DNA of 64,000 nucleotides from Corallococcus silvisoli (GTDB lineage Bacteria > Myxococcota > Myxococcia > Myxococcales > Myxococcaceae), in assembly GCF_009909145.1 (NCBI RefSeq), contig NZ_JAAAPJ010000005.1, forward strand, positions 528,470 through 592,469, written 5' to 3'. Both the position numbers and the translations under genes were made by a program. Of the stretch, positions 1 to 9,456 are shown one piece after another. Every line of letters begins with the position of its first letter. Within the stretch, counting starts at the first letter, position 1. The notes beneath the pieces are model-generated. The model searched no databases and had not been told where the DNA came from. It worked only from the letters and a program-made list of their open reading frames with translations.

Positions 1-645
1 GAGCTGGACGTCGCCGCCGTGGGGCGCCCGCCCCTGCGCCTGGTGGCCATCGTCACGCGCGCCGGGCCCATCCTCCCCGCCCCCGGAGAGCCGGAGGACT
101 CCGGCCCCCACGCCCCGGGGCCGTATCAGGACCTGAGCTATGAAATCTCCACCGAGCTGGCGTCGTTCGGGACGCTCAAGGCCGTCTGGAACTCGGGGAC
201 GCCGCAGCCGGACGACCGGGTGGGCCGGCCGTGCTTCGGCGCCTTCGCCCACCGCGACACGCCCTGTCTGGACTGCCCGCTGACGGCGGCGGCGACCACC
301 GCCTGGCCCCACACCATCGTGCGGCACGCGGACGCCGCCAGTGACGGCTACGAGGTCGTCACCGCCACCCCGACCGGGGCCGGCACCGCGCGGATCACCG
401 TGCACACGATTGGCGACGCCACGCTCACCGGCCTCTTCGAGGCGAAGGTGCGCAGGATGGCGCTCACCGCGCGGCTCTCCGAGCGGGAGGGTGATGTCTT
501 GCGTTACCTCGCGCTCGGCCGCTCCTCCACCGACATCGCCGCGGTGTTAGGCATTACCGAACGCACCGTAAAATTCCATCAAGCCAATCTCTTGCGAAAG
601 CTGGGAGCGGAGACGCGGTACGACCTGCTCCGCCTGTTCTTCTGA
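1..645 (+). CDS. LuxR-family transcriptional regulator (C-terminal HTH), 5' end probably truncated by window edge
   Basis: C-terminal 'EREGDVLRYLALGRSSTDIAAVLGITERTVKFHQANLLRKLG' matches the LuxR/GerE-type HTH. The ORF is open to the window start (first in-frame GTG at 19). Confidence 0.7.
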   Translation, partial: ELDVAAVGRPPLRLVAIVTRAGPILPAPGEPEDSGPHAPGPYQDLSYEISTELASFGTLKAVWNSGTPQPDDRVGRPCFGAFAHRDTPCLDCPLTAAATTAWPHTIVRHADAASDGYEVVTATPTGAGTARITVHTIGDATLTGLFEAKVRRMALTARLSEREGDVLRYLALGRSSTDIAAVLGITERTVKFHQANLLRKLGAETRYDLLRLFF

Positions 646-783
646 TCAGGCCCCCTTCCCTGGGGGACAGCATTCCCATTCCGAATCGCTTGCGCCATGC
701 TGGCGTCTCGACTCGGGCGTCCTGCGGGTCGGGGGGGCCGTTGCCCATGGGCAGCGCCGGCATACTCCATCTCAAAGACAGAC

Positions 784-2991
784 ATGGCGCGCGAGCGTTC
801 GCGCGGGGACGCGCCGCCCGTGGCTGAGACTCCGGGCTGGGATGAGGTGATGCGGGAGTTCCTGGTCGAGTCCCGCGAGCACGTGCAGGGCATCGAGGCG
901 ACGGTGCTGGAGCTGGAGGCGCAGCCGGGTTCGCAGGCGCTGCTGGCGCAGCTCTTCCGCAGCCTCCACACGGTCAAGGGCACCTGCGGCTTCCTGGGCT
1001 TCTCCCGCCTGGAGGCGCTGATGCACGCCGCGGAGGAGCTGCTCGGGCTGGCGCGCGACAGGCGCCTCACGCTGGACCGGGAGCGCGTCTCCACGCTGCT
1101 GGCCATCGCGGACGCGGCGCGAGGGGCGCTGGAGCACATCGAGGCGACGGGGCTGGAGCCCGCGGTGGACCACTCCGCGCTGTTCGCCCGGATGGCGGGC
1201 GCGACGGCGGCGTCCGCGCCCCTGGCGGCCTCCGAGCCCCTGACGCCACCGGGCACCCTGCCCTGGCGCGGCGCGGCCACCGGCATGGACTCCAAGCTGC
1301 GCGTGGACGTGGCGCTGCTGGACCGGCTGATGAACCTGATGGGCGAGCTGGTGCTGGCGCGCAACCGCATCCTCCAGTGCGCCACGTCCCCCGCGCCGGG
1401 CGCGGAGCTGGTCACCGCGTCGCAGCGGCTGGACGTCGTGACGACCCAGGTCCAGCAGGTGGTGATGAAGACGCGGCTGCAGCCCGTGGGGCAGGTGTGG
1501 AACCGCTTCCCCCGGCTCGTGCGCGAGCTGGCGAACGGGTGCGGCAAGCAGGTGCGGCTCCAGTTGCAGGGCGCGGACACGGAGCTGGACAAGACGCTGG
1601 TGGAGGCGCTGCATGATCCGCTCACCCACCTGCTGCGCAACGCCGTGGACCACGGCGTGGAGACGCCCGAGCAGCGCCGCGAGCGCGGCAAGCCGCCCGT
1701 GGGGTGCGTGACGCTGCGGGCGTCGCACGAGGGCGGGCTCGTGCACCTGGGGATGTCCGACGACGGCGCGGGCATCGACGTGCAGCGCGTGCGTCAGGTC
1801 GCGGTGCAGCGGGGCCTGTTGACGGCGGAGCAGGCCGCGCGGCTGCCGGACGCGGACGCGCTGATGCTCATCTTCATGCCCGGCTTCAGCACCGCCGAGC
1901 GCGTGACGTCGCTGTCCGGCCGGGGGGTGGGCATGGACGTGGTGCGCACGCAGGTGGAGCGCATTGGCGGCACCGTGGAGGTGCACAGCCGGCCCGGCCA
2001 GGGCACGACGTTCACCCTGAAGATCCCCCTCACGCTGGCCATCATCCCCGCGCTGCTCGTCACCTGCCGGGGGGACCGGTACGCGCTGCCACAGGCCAGC
2101 CTCCGCGAGGTGGTGTGGTTGGAGCCGGAGCAGGCCCGGCGCGACGTCACCCGCATCCAGGGCGCGTGCGTGCTCCGGCTCCGGGGGGAGCTGATGCCGT
2201 TGGTCGTCCTCGCCTCGGAGCTGGGCGTGGGGCCCGCCATGCCGGACCTGGAAGAAGGCGTCACCGTCGTCGTGTTGCAGGCCGGGGAGCACTCCTTCGG
2301 GCTGTGGGTGGACGCCATCCACGACACCGAGGAGATCGTCGTCAAGCCGCTGTGGAAGCACCTGAAGGGGCTGGCCTGCTACGCGGGCGCGACGGTGCTG
2401 GGCGACGGGCGCGTGGCGCTCATCCTGGACGCGATGGGGCTGGGACGCCGCGCGGGCACCCTCGACGAGACGCAGGCCCAGGTCGTCATCCCCGAGCCCG
2501 TCCCGGAGGTGGCGCCGCGGCCCGAGGCGCCGCGCGAGCGGGTGCTCCTGTGCCGCACCGGCGAGGAGGGCCGCGTGGCCATCCCGCTGTCGCGCGTGGC
2601 GCGGCTGGAGGAGCTGCCCGCCTCGGACGTGGAGCGCTTGAGCGGAGGCATGGAGATGGCGCGCTACCACGGCCAGCTCCTCCCGCTGGTGCGCGTGGCC
2701 TCCGTGCTGGCGTCTCGACAGGGCGCGACGGAGACGCTCACCCAGGCGCTCCAGGCCGCGGCGGGCGCGTCCCTGTCCGTCGTCGTCACCTCTCACGCGG
2801 AGACGCGCGTGGGGCTGGTGGTGGACGCCATCCTCGACATCGCGGAGGTGGACTTCGCGCTCCAGCGCGAGACGCGGCGCCCGGGAGTGCTGGGCTCCAT
2901 GGTGGTGCAGAGCCGGGCCACCGAATTCCTGGACGTGGAGGGCACCGTGCGCGCCGTGCACCCGGAGCTGCTGACGGGCGGTACGCCATGA
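784..2991 (+). CDS. cheA: Chemotaxis histidine kinase CheA (Hpt, dimerization, HATPase_c, plus more than one CheW-like segment)
   Basis: Hpt motif 'LFRSLHTVKGTCGFLGF'. Kinase block 'LTHLLRNAVDHGVE ... GMSDDGAGID ... GRGVGMDVV'. CheW-like C-terminal regions. Stop overlaps the cheW ATG (ATGA). Start at 784, 847 or GTG 697 not resolved. Confidence 0.9.
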   Translation: MARERSRGDAPPVAETPGWDEVMREFLVESREHVQGIEATVLELEAQPGSQALLAQLFRSLHTVKGTCGFLGFSRLEALMHAAEELLGLARDRRLTLDRERVSTLLAIADAARGALEHIEATGLEPAVDHSALFARMAGATAASAPLAASEPLTPPGTLPWRGAATGMDSKLRVDVALLDRLMNLMGELVLARNRILQCATSPAPGAELVTASQRLDVVTTQVQQVVMKTRLQPVGQVWNRFPRLVRELANGCGKQVRLQLQGADTELDKTLVEALHDPLTHLLRNAVDHGVETPEQRRERGKPPVGCVTLRASHEGGLVHLGMSDDGAGIDVQRVRQVAVQRGLLTAEQAARLPDADALMLIFMPGFSTAERVTSLSGRGVGMDVVRTQVERIGGTVEVHSRPGQGTTFTLKIPLTLAIIPALLVTCRGDRYALPQASLREVVWLEPEQARRDVTRIQGACVLRLRGELMPLVVLASELGVGPAMPDLEEGVTVVVLQAGEHSFGLWVDAIHDTEEIVVKPLWKHLKGLACYAGATVLGDGRVALILDAMGLGRRAGTLDETQAQVVIPEPVPEVAPRPEAPRERVLLCRTGEEGRVAIPLSRVARLEELPASDVERLSGGMEMARYHGQLLPLVRVASVLASRQGATETLTQALQAAAGASLSVVVTSHAETRVGLVVDAILDIAEVDFALQRETRRPGVLGSMVVQSRATEFLDVEGTVRAVHPELLTGGTP

Positions 2992-3476
2992 GCGACCCGC
3001 GCCAGCTCTGCTCGTTCCTGGTGGGCGAGCACCTGTTCGGCCTGGACATCGAGCGGGTGCAGGAGATCCTCCTGCCGCCCCCGCTCACGCGCGTCCCTGG
3101 CGCCCCGCCGGAGGTGGCGGGCCTGCTCAACCTGCGCGGGCAGATCGTCCCCGCCATCGACCTGCGCCGCCGCCTGGACCTGCCGGAGGCCACGGCCCCC
3201 GCGGACGCGCCCCACGTGGTGCTTCGCGGTGACGACGGCGCGGTGAGCCTGCGCGTGGATGCCATTGGCGACATCCTCCCCTTCGTCGACGCGAAGCTGG
3301 CCCCGGTGCCAGACAACCTGCGCGGGCCCCTGCGCTCGCTGCTGTTGGGCGTCCACGCGCTTCCAGACCGGCTGTTGTTGGTGTTGTCCGCGGACGCGGT
3401 GGTGGACGGGCTGTCGCCCGCGTCCAACCCCGCCGCATCCCCTTCCCTTTCCGCGCTTCCCCAGGAGCCCCACTGA
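2988..3476 (+). CDS. cheW: CheW coupling protein
   Basis: '[19 protein letters not shown]...[21 protein letters not shown]' is a typical CheW fold. Translationally coupled to cheA upstream and to the MCP downstream (TGATG overlap). Confidence 0.88.
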   Translation: MSDPRQLCSFLVGEHLFGLDIERVQEILLPPPLTRVPGAPPEVAGLLNLRGQIVPAIDLRRRLDLPEATAPADAPHVVLRGDDGAVSLRVDAIGDILPFVDAKLAPVPDNLRGPLRSLLLGVHALPDRLLLVLSADAVVDGLSPASNPAASPSLSALPQEPH

Positions 3477-5578
3477 TGGCCCGCACCTCCGCGCCCACCG
3501 AGAAGACCAGCCTCTTCCACCGCCTGGGGGGCAAGGCCGCCCTGACGGCCGCCGTGCAGAAGCTCTACGCGCGCGTGATGACGGACACCCAGCTCACGCC
3601 CTACTTCCACCGCACGGACCTGGTCCCGCTGCAGCGCCAGATGGTCACCTACCTCACGCAGCTGCTGGGCGGGCCCGCGCTCTATCACGGCCGGTCGATG
3701 CGTGACGTGCACGCGAGGATGGACCTTCAGCCCCAGCACTTCGAGCGCGTCGCCGAACACCTGGCCCACGTCCTGGACGACCTGGACGTGCCGGGCCCCC
3801 TCGCCCAGGAGGTCCTGGCGGCGGTGGGCGCGCTGCGGGACGACATCGTGAGCCCGTCCGCGCCCAAGTCCTCCTCCCCTCCCGCGACGCCTCAGGCTCC
3901 GGCGCGCTCGCCCCGGACCGCGGGACGGCGGATCGCCAAGGGCCCCTCCCGCGCGCCGCGCTCCTCCCGCCGCCGCGCGTCCATGTCCCTGGGGAGCGGC
4001 CTGGGCGAAGCGCTGCTGGACGCGGCGCGGGTCAACCTCTTCGTGCTGGACATGGACCTGGGCATCGTCTTCGCGAACGCGTCCGCCATGGAGGCCATCG
4101 AGCGCATCGAAGAGAGCGATGCGTTCCCAAGCCATGGCGCGGACGAAGCGGGCGGCGACTTCCTCTCCCGCTTCGAACACCAGCTGCGGCGCGAGGAGGG
4201 CCGGCTGAACACGCCGTCGGCGCTGCCTCACGAGGCCGCCTTCTCCGTGGGCGCGCTCCAGCTCAAGGCCCGCGTGGACGGCATCCTGGACAAGGCGGGC
4301 GCGCTCACCGGCTACGTGGTGAACTGGACGGACGTCACGGAGAAGCAGCGCACGGACACGGAGATGGCGCGCCTGCGGGCCATGCTGGAGAACGCGCCCA
4401 CGTGCGTGATGGTGGCGGACGTGGACCTGAGGATCGTCTACCTGAACCCGGCATCGCGCCGGTTGTTGCAGCGGGTGGAGAAGCACCTGCCGGTGACGGC
4501 GGACCGGGTGATCGGCTCGACCATCGACGTCTTCCACCGGGACGCGGCGTACCAGCGGAAGATCCTGGCCAACGACAAGAACCTGCCGGTGCGCGCGAAC
4601 ATCCCCATCGGGCCGGAGATCGCGGACCTGCTGGTGACGGCGGTGTACGACGGCCAGGGCCGCTACCTGGGGCCCATGGTGACCTGGGAGCTCATCACCG
4701 AGAAGCTCGCCGTGCAGCAGCGGGAGAAGGAGCTGGACACCACCCTGCGCGGCATCTTCCAGGAGGTGACGCAGCACTCGCAGACGCTCGCGGCGTCGTC
4801 CCAGGAGCTGTCCAGCGTCAGCCAGCAGATGGTGAGCAACGCGCAGGAGACCGCGGCGCAGGCCACCCAGGTGTCCGCGGGCGCCGAGCAGGTCAGCCGC
4901 AACGTGCAGCGCGTCGCGTCCGGCATGGAGGAGGTCAACGCGAACATCCGGGAGGTGGCGCGCAACGCGAGCACCGCGGCCCGGGTGGCGTCCTCCGCCG
5001 TCAAGCTGGCGGACGGCACGTCCGTCGTCGTGGGCAAGCTGGGGACGAGCAGCCAGGAGATCGGCAAGGTCATCAAGGTCATCACCTCCATCGCGCAGCA
5101 GACCAACCTGCTGGCGCTCAACGCGACCATCGAGGCGGCGCGCGCGGGCGAGGCGGGTCGGGGCTTCGCGGTGGTGGCCAACGAGGTGAAGGAGCTGGCG
5201 CGCGAGACGGCCCGGGCCACGGAGGACATCGGGCTGAAGATTGGCAGCATCCAGGGGGACACCGAGGAGGTGGTCAACGCCATCCTGGAGATTGGCGCCA
5301 CCATCGGCCGGATCAACGAGTTGCAGACCTCCATCGCGTCGTCCGTGGAGGAGCAGACGGCCACCGCGGGGGAGATCCTCCGCAACGTGGGAGAGGCGGC
5401 CAAGGGCAGCCAGCAGATCTCCGAGAACATGGCCGCCGTGGCGGAGGCCGCGCGCAGCACCACCGAGGGCGCGGGCAGCACGCAGCGCTCGGCGGTGGAG
5501 CTGGCCCACATGGCGCAGTCACTGCAACGGCTGGTCATCCAGGTGGACACCACGGACAAGCAGAACCGGTCGAAGTAG
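3476..5578 (+). CDS. Soluble methyl-accepting chemotaxis protein with N-terminal truncated hemoglobin (2/2 Hb) domain, two PAS-like domains and MCP signalling domain
   Basis: N-terminal ~120 aa '[38 protein letters not shown]...[20 protein letters not shown]' matches the group-I truncated globin signature (GG motifs, proximal His). PAS-like segments follow. MCP highly conserved domain '[37 protein letters not shown]'. No TM segments. Confidence 0.85.
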   Translation: MARTSAPTEKTSLFHRLGGKAALTAAVQKLYARVMTDTQLTPYFHRTDLVPLQRQMVTYLTQLLGGPALYHGRSMRDVHARMDLQPQHFERVAEHLAHVLDDLDVPGPLAQEVLAAVGALRDDIVSPSAPKSSSPPATPQAPARSPRTAGRRIAKGPSRAPRSSRRRASMSLGSGLGEALLDAARVNLFVLDMDLGIVFANASAMEAIERIEESDAFPSHGADEAGGDFLSRFEHQLRREEGRLNTPSALPHEAAFSVGALQLKARVDGILDKAGALTGYVVNWTDVTEKQRTDTEMARLRAMLENAPTCVMVADVDLRIVYLNPASRRLLQRVEKHLPVTADRVIGSTIDVFHRDAAYQRKILANDKNLPVRANIPIGPEIADLLVTAVYDGQGRYLGPMVTWELITEKLAVQQREKELDTTLRGIFQEVTQHSQTLAASSQELSSVSQQMVSNAQETAAQATQVSAGAEQVSRNVQRVASGMEEVNANIREVARNASTAARVASSAVKLADGTSVVVGKLGTSSQEIGKVIKVITSIAQQTNLLALNATIEAARAGEAGRGFAVVANEVKELARETARATEDIGLKIGSIQGDTEEVVNAILEIGATIGRINELQTSIASSVEEQTATAGEILRNVGEAAKGSQQISENMAAVAEAARSTTEGAGSTQRSAVELAHMAQSLQRLVIQVDTTDKQNRSK

Positions 5579-5608
5579 CGCGCGGTCAGGACTCGGGAGC
5601 CACGGCGC

Positions 5609-7132
5609 GTGAGAACCGGACTGATGCGATGGTGGGAGCTGGGCCGCGTCGCCCAGGCCTCCAAACGCCTGCGGCGCGCGTCCCGCCCCCAGGACGTGGA
5701 GCCCGCGCGGCACGAGCTCGCCGAGCGATTGCTCGGGCTGCGCGGGCTGCCCCAGAAGGTGGGGCAGGTGCTCACGCTCTCCGAGCTGGGCACGGACACC
5801 CCGGGGTTCGGTTCGCTCGCGGAGGCGCCCTCCCCGCTCGCGCCCGAGGCCGCGCTGGAGGAGATCTCCCGCCGGCTGGGCAGGCCGTGGCGGGAGGTGT
5901 TCGCGACACTGGAGGGCGTGGGCATCACCGCGTCGCTGGGGCAGGTGCACCGGGGCGTGCTGCGGGGCGGGCGTGCCGTGGCGGTGAAGCTGCGGCACCC
6001 GGGCATCGTGGACGCCGTGCGGGATGATCTGCGCGCGCTGGGGTGGCTGGCGGCGCCGCTGGGCGGCTGGCGCGGGAAGCTGGACCTGTCCGCCTACCGT
6101 CGCGAGCTGGCGGAGATGCTCCAGCGCGAGCTGGACTACCACCTTGAGGCCCAGGCCCTGCGGGACGCGAACGCGCGCCTGTCGGAGGTGCCGGGCGTCA
6201 CCTCCCCGGTGCCGGTGGACGCGCTCGTGCGCGAAGACCTGCTAGTGATGAGCTGGGTGGAAGGCCAGCCGCTGGCGGAGGCCCGGCGCTGGAGCGACGC
6301 GGACCGCCGCGCGCTGGCCACGACGCTGGTGCGGCTGTTCCTCCACGGCTGCTTCACGTGGGGCGTGCTGCACGCGGATCCACACCCGGGCAACTACCGC
6401 GTGTCACGAGGCCCGGACGGACGGCCCGTGCTGGGGGTGCTCGACTTCGGCTGCGTGAAGCCGATTCAACCCGAGCTGCCCCTGGGGCTGGGCCGGTTGA
6501 TCGCGCTCCTCCGGGGACCCGCGCCGGAGGCCGACCATTTGCTATCCGCGTGGGTCACGCTGGGCTTCGCGCCAGAGCTGCTGGAGCCCATGGCGGAGGC
6601 GCTGCCCGCCATCAGCCAGGTGCTCCTGGAGCCCTTCCTCCAGGACCGCCCCTTCGAGGTCAGGAGCTGGCGGTTGGGGGCGCGGATCTCCGAAGCCCTG
6701 GGGCCCCACCGGTGGAACTTCCGAGCGGCAGGTTCCGCCTCGCACCTCTACGTCCTGCGCGCGTTCCATGGGCTGGTGCGCCACCTGGAGGTGCTGGACG
6801 CGCCGCTCGCCTGGGGCCCCCTGCTGGACGAGGCGCGCGCCCCCTCGCTGCCGCCTCCGCTTCCACCGCCCGCTTCGCACCTCGAGGGGGCGGCCAGGTA
6901 CCTGCGGGTGCGGGTGACGCAAGGGTGCCTCACGCGCGTGGCGCTGACCTTCCGCGCGGATGTGACGGCGCACCTGGAAGAGCTGTTGCCGGACGACCTG
7001 GCGCGAAGGCTCGCGGCGCGGGGCCTGGATCCAGCGGCCATCGGCGCGGCGGCGGTGGCCTCGGGGCTGCGGCCTTCGGAGCTGTTCCACCTGGACGAGG
7101 GCGACCGGCAAGTCCGGGTCTGGCTCGAGTGA
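5609..7132 (+). CDS. ABC1/UbiB-family atypical protein kinase
   Basis: 'ASLGQVHRGVLRGGRAVAVKLRHPGI', 'ELDYHLEAQAL', 'LVMSWVEGQPL' and 'GVLHADPHPGNYRV' align with the ABC1/ADCK kinase signature. Lies inside the che operon. True start may be ATG 5624. Confidence 0.8.
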   Translation: MRTGLMRWWELGRVAQASKRLRRASRPQDVEPARHELAERLLGLRGLPQKVGQVLTLSELGTDTPGFGSLAEAPSPLAPEAALEEISRRLGRPWREVFATLEGVGITASLGQVHRGVLRGGRAVAVKLRHPGIVDAVRDDLRALGWLAAPLGGWRGKLDLSAYRRELAEMLQRELDYHLEAQALRDANARLSEVPGVTSPVPVDALVREDLLVMSWVEGQPLAEARRWSDADRRALATTLVRLFLHGCFTWGVLHADPHPGNYRVSRGPDGRPVLGVLDFGCVKPIQPELPLGLGRLIALLRGPAPEADHLLSAWVTLGFAPELLEPMAEALPAISQVLLEPFLQDRPFEVRSWRLGARISEALGPHRWNFRAAGSASHLYVLRAFHGLVRHLEVLDAPLAWGPLLDEARAPSLPPPLPPPASHLEGAARYLRVRVTQGCLTRVALTFRADVTAHLEELLPDDLARRLAARGLDPAAIGAAAVASGLRPSELFHLDEGDRQVRVWLE

Positions 7133-7154
7133 ACGACGGACAAGGAGGTGGCGG

Positions 7155-7493
7155 ATGGTCACCATCGGCATGAACTACGAAGTGCGAGAGGGCAAGGCGG
7201 AGGCCTTCGAGCGGAAGTTCGCGCTCGTGTTGGAGGCCATGCGAGCGCTGCCCGAGCACGCCAGGACGGAGCTGTTCCGGAGCGTGGAGGCTCCGGGCCG
7301 CTATCTCATCGTCTCCGAGTGGCACACCCGCGAGGGCTTCGACGCCTTCGTCACCTCGGAGGCCTTCCACCGGGTGACGGACTGGGGCGCCAGCGCCATC
7401 CTCGCGAGCCGGCCCCGGCACGAGGTGTACGGCAACGCGGCCTCCAGTTCCCCCGCCGGGGGCCGCTGCCCGGTCGCGCACGCGGCCCGGTGA
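7155..7493 (+). CDS. ABM (antibiotic biosynthesis monooxygenase)-domain protein
   Basis: ~110 aa; 'MVTIGMNYEVREGKAEAFE...YLIVSEWHTREGFDAFVTSEAFH' is a typical ABM/Dabb ferredoxin-like fold signature. Confidence 0.65.
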   Translation: MVTIGMNYEVREGKAEAFERKFALVLEAMRALPEHARTELFRSVEAPGRYLIVSEWHTREGFDAFVTSEAFHRVTDWGASAILASRPRHEVYGNAASSSPAGGRCPVAHAAR

Positions 7494-7504
7494 AGAGGGG
7501 GCCC

Positions 7505-8569
7505 ATGAACGCCATCCGGGTCCTGGTGGTGGACGACGCGGCCGTGGTGCGGCGGCAGGTGTCCCTGCTGCTGGACGCGGATCCGGGCCTGGAGGTCGTC
7601 GCCACCGCGCCCAACGGCCGCATCGCGCTGACGAAGGTGGAGCAGTTCCAGCCGGACGTGGTGCTGCTGGACCTGGAGATGCCGGACCTGGACGGGCTGG
7701 AGACGCTCAAGCTGCTGCGACAGCGCGCGCCAGAGCTGCCGGTGGTGATGTTCAGCGCGCTCACCGAACGCGCGGGCGTCCTCACCCTGGAGGCGCTCGC
7801 GCTGGGGGCGCGTGACTACGTGACGAAGCCCACCTCCGCCGGGGGCCTGCACGTCACCGTGGAGGCGGTGCGGGAAGAGCTGGTGCGCAAGCTCAAGGCG
7901 CTCCATGTGCGCGCGTCCCCCGCGCCCCCCGCGCAGGCCTCCGTCCCACGCGCGCCCCGGGCCCGCGCACACGCGCCCTCGCGCGTGGAGGCCATCGTCA
8001 TCGGCGCGTCCACCGGGGGCCCCGGCGCGCTGGTGCGCGTGGTGTCCGCGCTGCCCGCGGATCTGCCGGTGCCGGTGCTCATCGTGCAGCACATGCCGCC
8101 CCTCTTCACCCGGCTGCTCGCGGAGCGCCTGGAGGCCGCGAGCTCGCTGCGCGTGCGCGAGGCGGTGTCCGGAGCGTTCGTCCAGCCCGGCGCGGTGTGG
8201 GTCGCGCCGGGGGACTTCCACCTGGCCGTCCGCCGGGATGCGGCGGGAGTGCGGCTGCACACGCATCAGGGGCCCGCGGAGAACGCCTGCCGGCCGGCGG
8301 TGGACCTGCTCTTCCGCTCCGCGGCGGACGTGTACGGCCCGGGCGTGCTGGCGGTGGTGCTCACCGGCATGGGGCAGGACGGCCTGCGCGGATGCCGCCG
8401 GGTGAGCGAGTCGGGCGGTCAGGTGGTGGTGCAGGACCAGGCCAGCTGCGTCATCGGCAGCATGCCGGGCGTGGTGGAGCAGGCGGGGCTCGCGGACGCC
8501 GTGGTGCCGCTGGACACCCTGGCCACGGAGTTGGTGCGGCGCGTGGAAGCACGCGGAAAGAGGACGTAG
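7505..8569 (+). CDS. cheB: Chemotaxis response regulator protein-glutamate methylesterase CheB
   Basis: Receiver 'RVLVVDDAAVVR...VVLLDLEMPDLDG'. Methylesterase 'IVIGASTGGPGAL...LIVQHMPPLFT...GMGQDGLRG'. Confidence 0.9.
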   Translation: MNAIRVLVVDDAAVVRRQVSLLLDADPGLEVVATAPNGRIALTKVEQFQPDVVLLDLEMPDLDGLETLKLLRQRAPELPVVMFSALTERAGVLTLEALALGARDYVTKPTSAGGLHVTVEAVREELVRKLKALHVRASPAPPAQASVPRAPRARAHAPSRVEAIVIGASTGGPGALVRVVSALPADLPVPVLIVQHMPPLFTRLLAERLEAASSLRVREAVSGAFVQPGAVWVAPGDFHLAVRRDAAGVRLHTHQGPAENACRPAVDLLFRSAADVYGPGVLAVVLTGMGQDGLRGCRRVSESGGQVVVQDQASCVIGSMPGVVEQAGLADAVVPLDTLATELVRRVEARGKRT

Positions 8570-8571
8570 TC

Positions 8572-9456
8572 ATGCCCCTGCTTCCCGAGGACTTCTCCTA
8601 CCTGCGCCAGCGCGTGCTGCGAAGGTCCGGGTTGGTGCTGGAGTCCGACACGCACGCGCTGGTGGAGACGCGGCTCACGCCGCTCATGCGCGAGGAGCGA
8701 CTCCCCGACATCACCACCCTGGTGGCGCGGCTGCGCTCGCAGCCCGAGGGCAGCGCGCTCCACCAGCGGCTGGCCGAGGCCCTGGCCAACCACGAGACGG
8801 CCTTCTTCCGGGACGCGCCGGTGTTCGACGCCCTGCGCTCCACGGTGCTGCCCGCCCTGCTGGCCCGGCGCGGCCGGACGCGGACGCTGCGCATCTGGTG
8901 CGCGGCGTGCGCCTACGGGCAGGAGCCCTACAGCGTGGCGATGACGCTGGCGGAGGCGGGGCTGCTCATCACCGGCTGGACGGTGCGCATCCTCGCGACC
9001 GACTTCTCCCTCCGCGCCCTCAGCCGCGCCAGCGAGGCCCGCTATGAAGCCCAGGAGCTCCACCGCGGCGTGACGCCCGTCCTGCGCCAGCGCTACTTCC
9101 ACCAGGAGCGCGACGGGTGGCGGCTGAACGAACAGGTGCGCAAGCCGGTGGAGTTCCGCCCGCTCAACCTGATGGAGGACTTCCCACTGGAGGCGCCCGT
9201 GGACCTCGTGCTGCTTCGCAACGTGATGATCTACTGGGACGTACCCACGCGGCGCGCGGTGCTCGCCCGCGTGCGGCGGATGCTGCACGCCGACGGCTAC
9301 CTGGTGCTGGGCGCCGCGGAGGCCGCGCCCCTGGTGGAGGACGGCTTCACGCGGCACCTCATCGGGCAGACGAGCTGGTACCGCCCCGCGCCCCTCTCCA
9401 CCGGCGCGCCCGTGGAGCACGGCTCGCGCACGCCCCACTCCAACGCTACACCTTGA
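8572..9456 (+). CDS. cheR: Chemotaxis protein methyltransferase CheR
   Basis: 'ETAFFRDAPVFDAL...LRIWCAACAYGQEPYSVAMTL...ILATDFS...LLRNVMIYWD' (CheR SAM-MTase). Starts 3 nt after the cheB stop. Confidence 0.9.
   Translation: MPLLPEDFSYLRQRVLRRSGLVLESDTHALVETRLTPLMREERLPDITTLVARLRSQPEGSALHQRLAEALANHETAFFRDAPVFDALRSTVLPALLARRGRTRTLRIWCAACAYGQEPYSVAMTLAEAGLLITGWTVRILATDFSLRALSRASEARYEAQELHRGVTPVLRQRYFHQERDGWRLNEQVRKPVEFRPLNLMEDFPLEAPVDLVLLRNVMIYWDVPTRRAVLARVRRMLHADGYLVLGAAEAAPLVEDGFTRHLIGQTSWYRPAPLSTGAPVEHGSRTPHSNATP

Noticed and set aside
772-2961. 729-aa ORF on the minus strand antisense to cheA. Similar long antisense ORFs occur at 579..1775, 2786..5509, 29858..34057 (+), 36351..39224, 46971..49286 and 48703..50205.
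   Set aside because: These are the open antisense and off-frame ORFs typical of ~70% GC DNA. Translations are Arg/Ala/Gly/Pro-rich low-complexity sequence with no motifs. Each overlaps a gene with strong family-level evidence on the other strand.
7148-8569. Longer 473-aa version of the CheB ORF starting at 7148
   Set aside because: The first ~120 residues are Arg/Gly-rich and overlap the ABM gene. The receiver domain begins at ATG 7505 (MNAIRVLVVDD).
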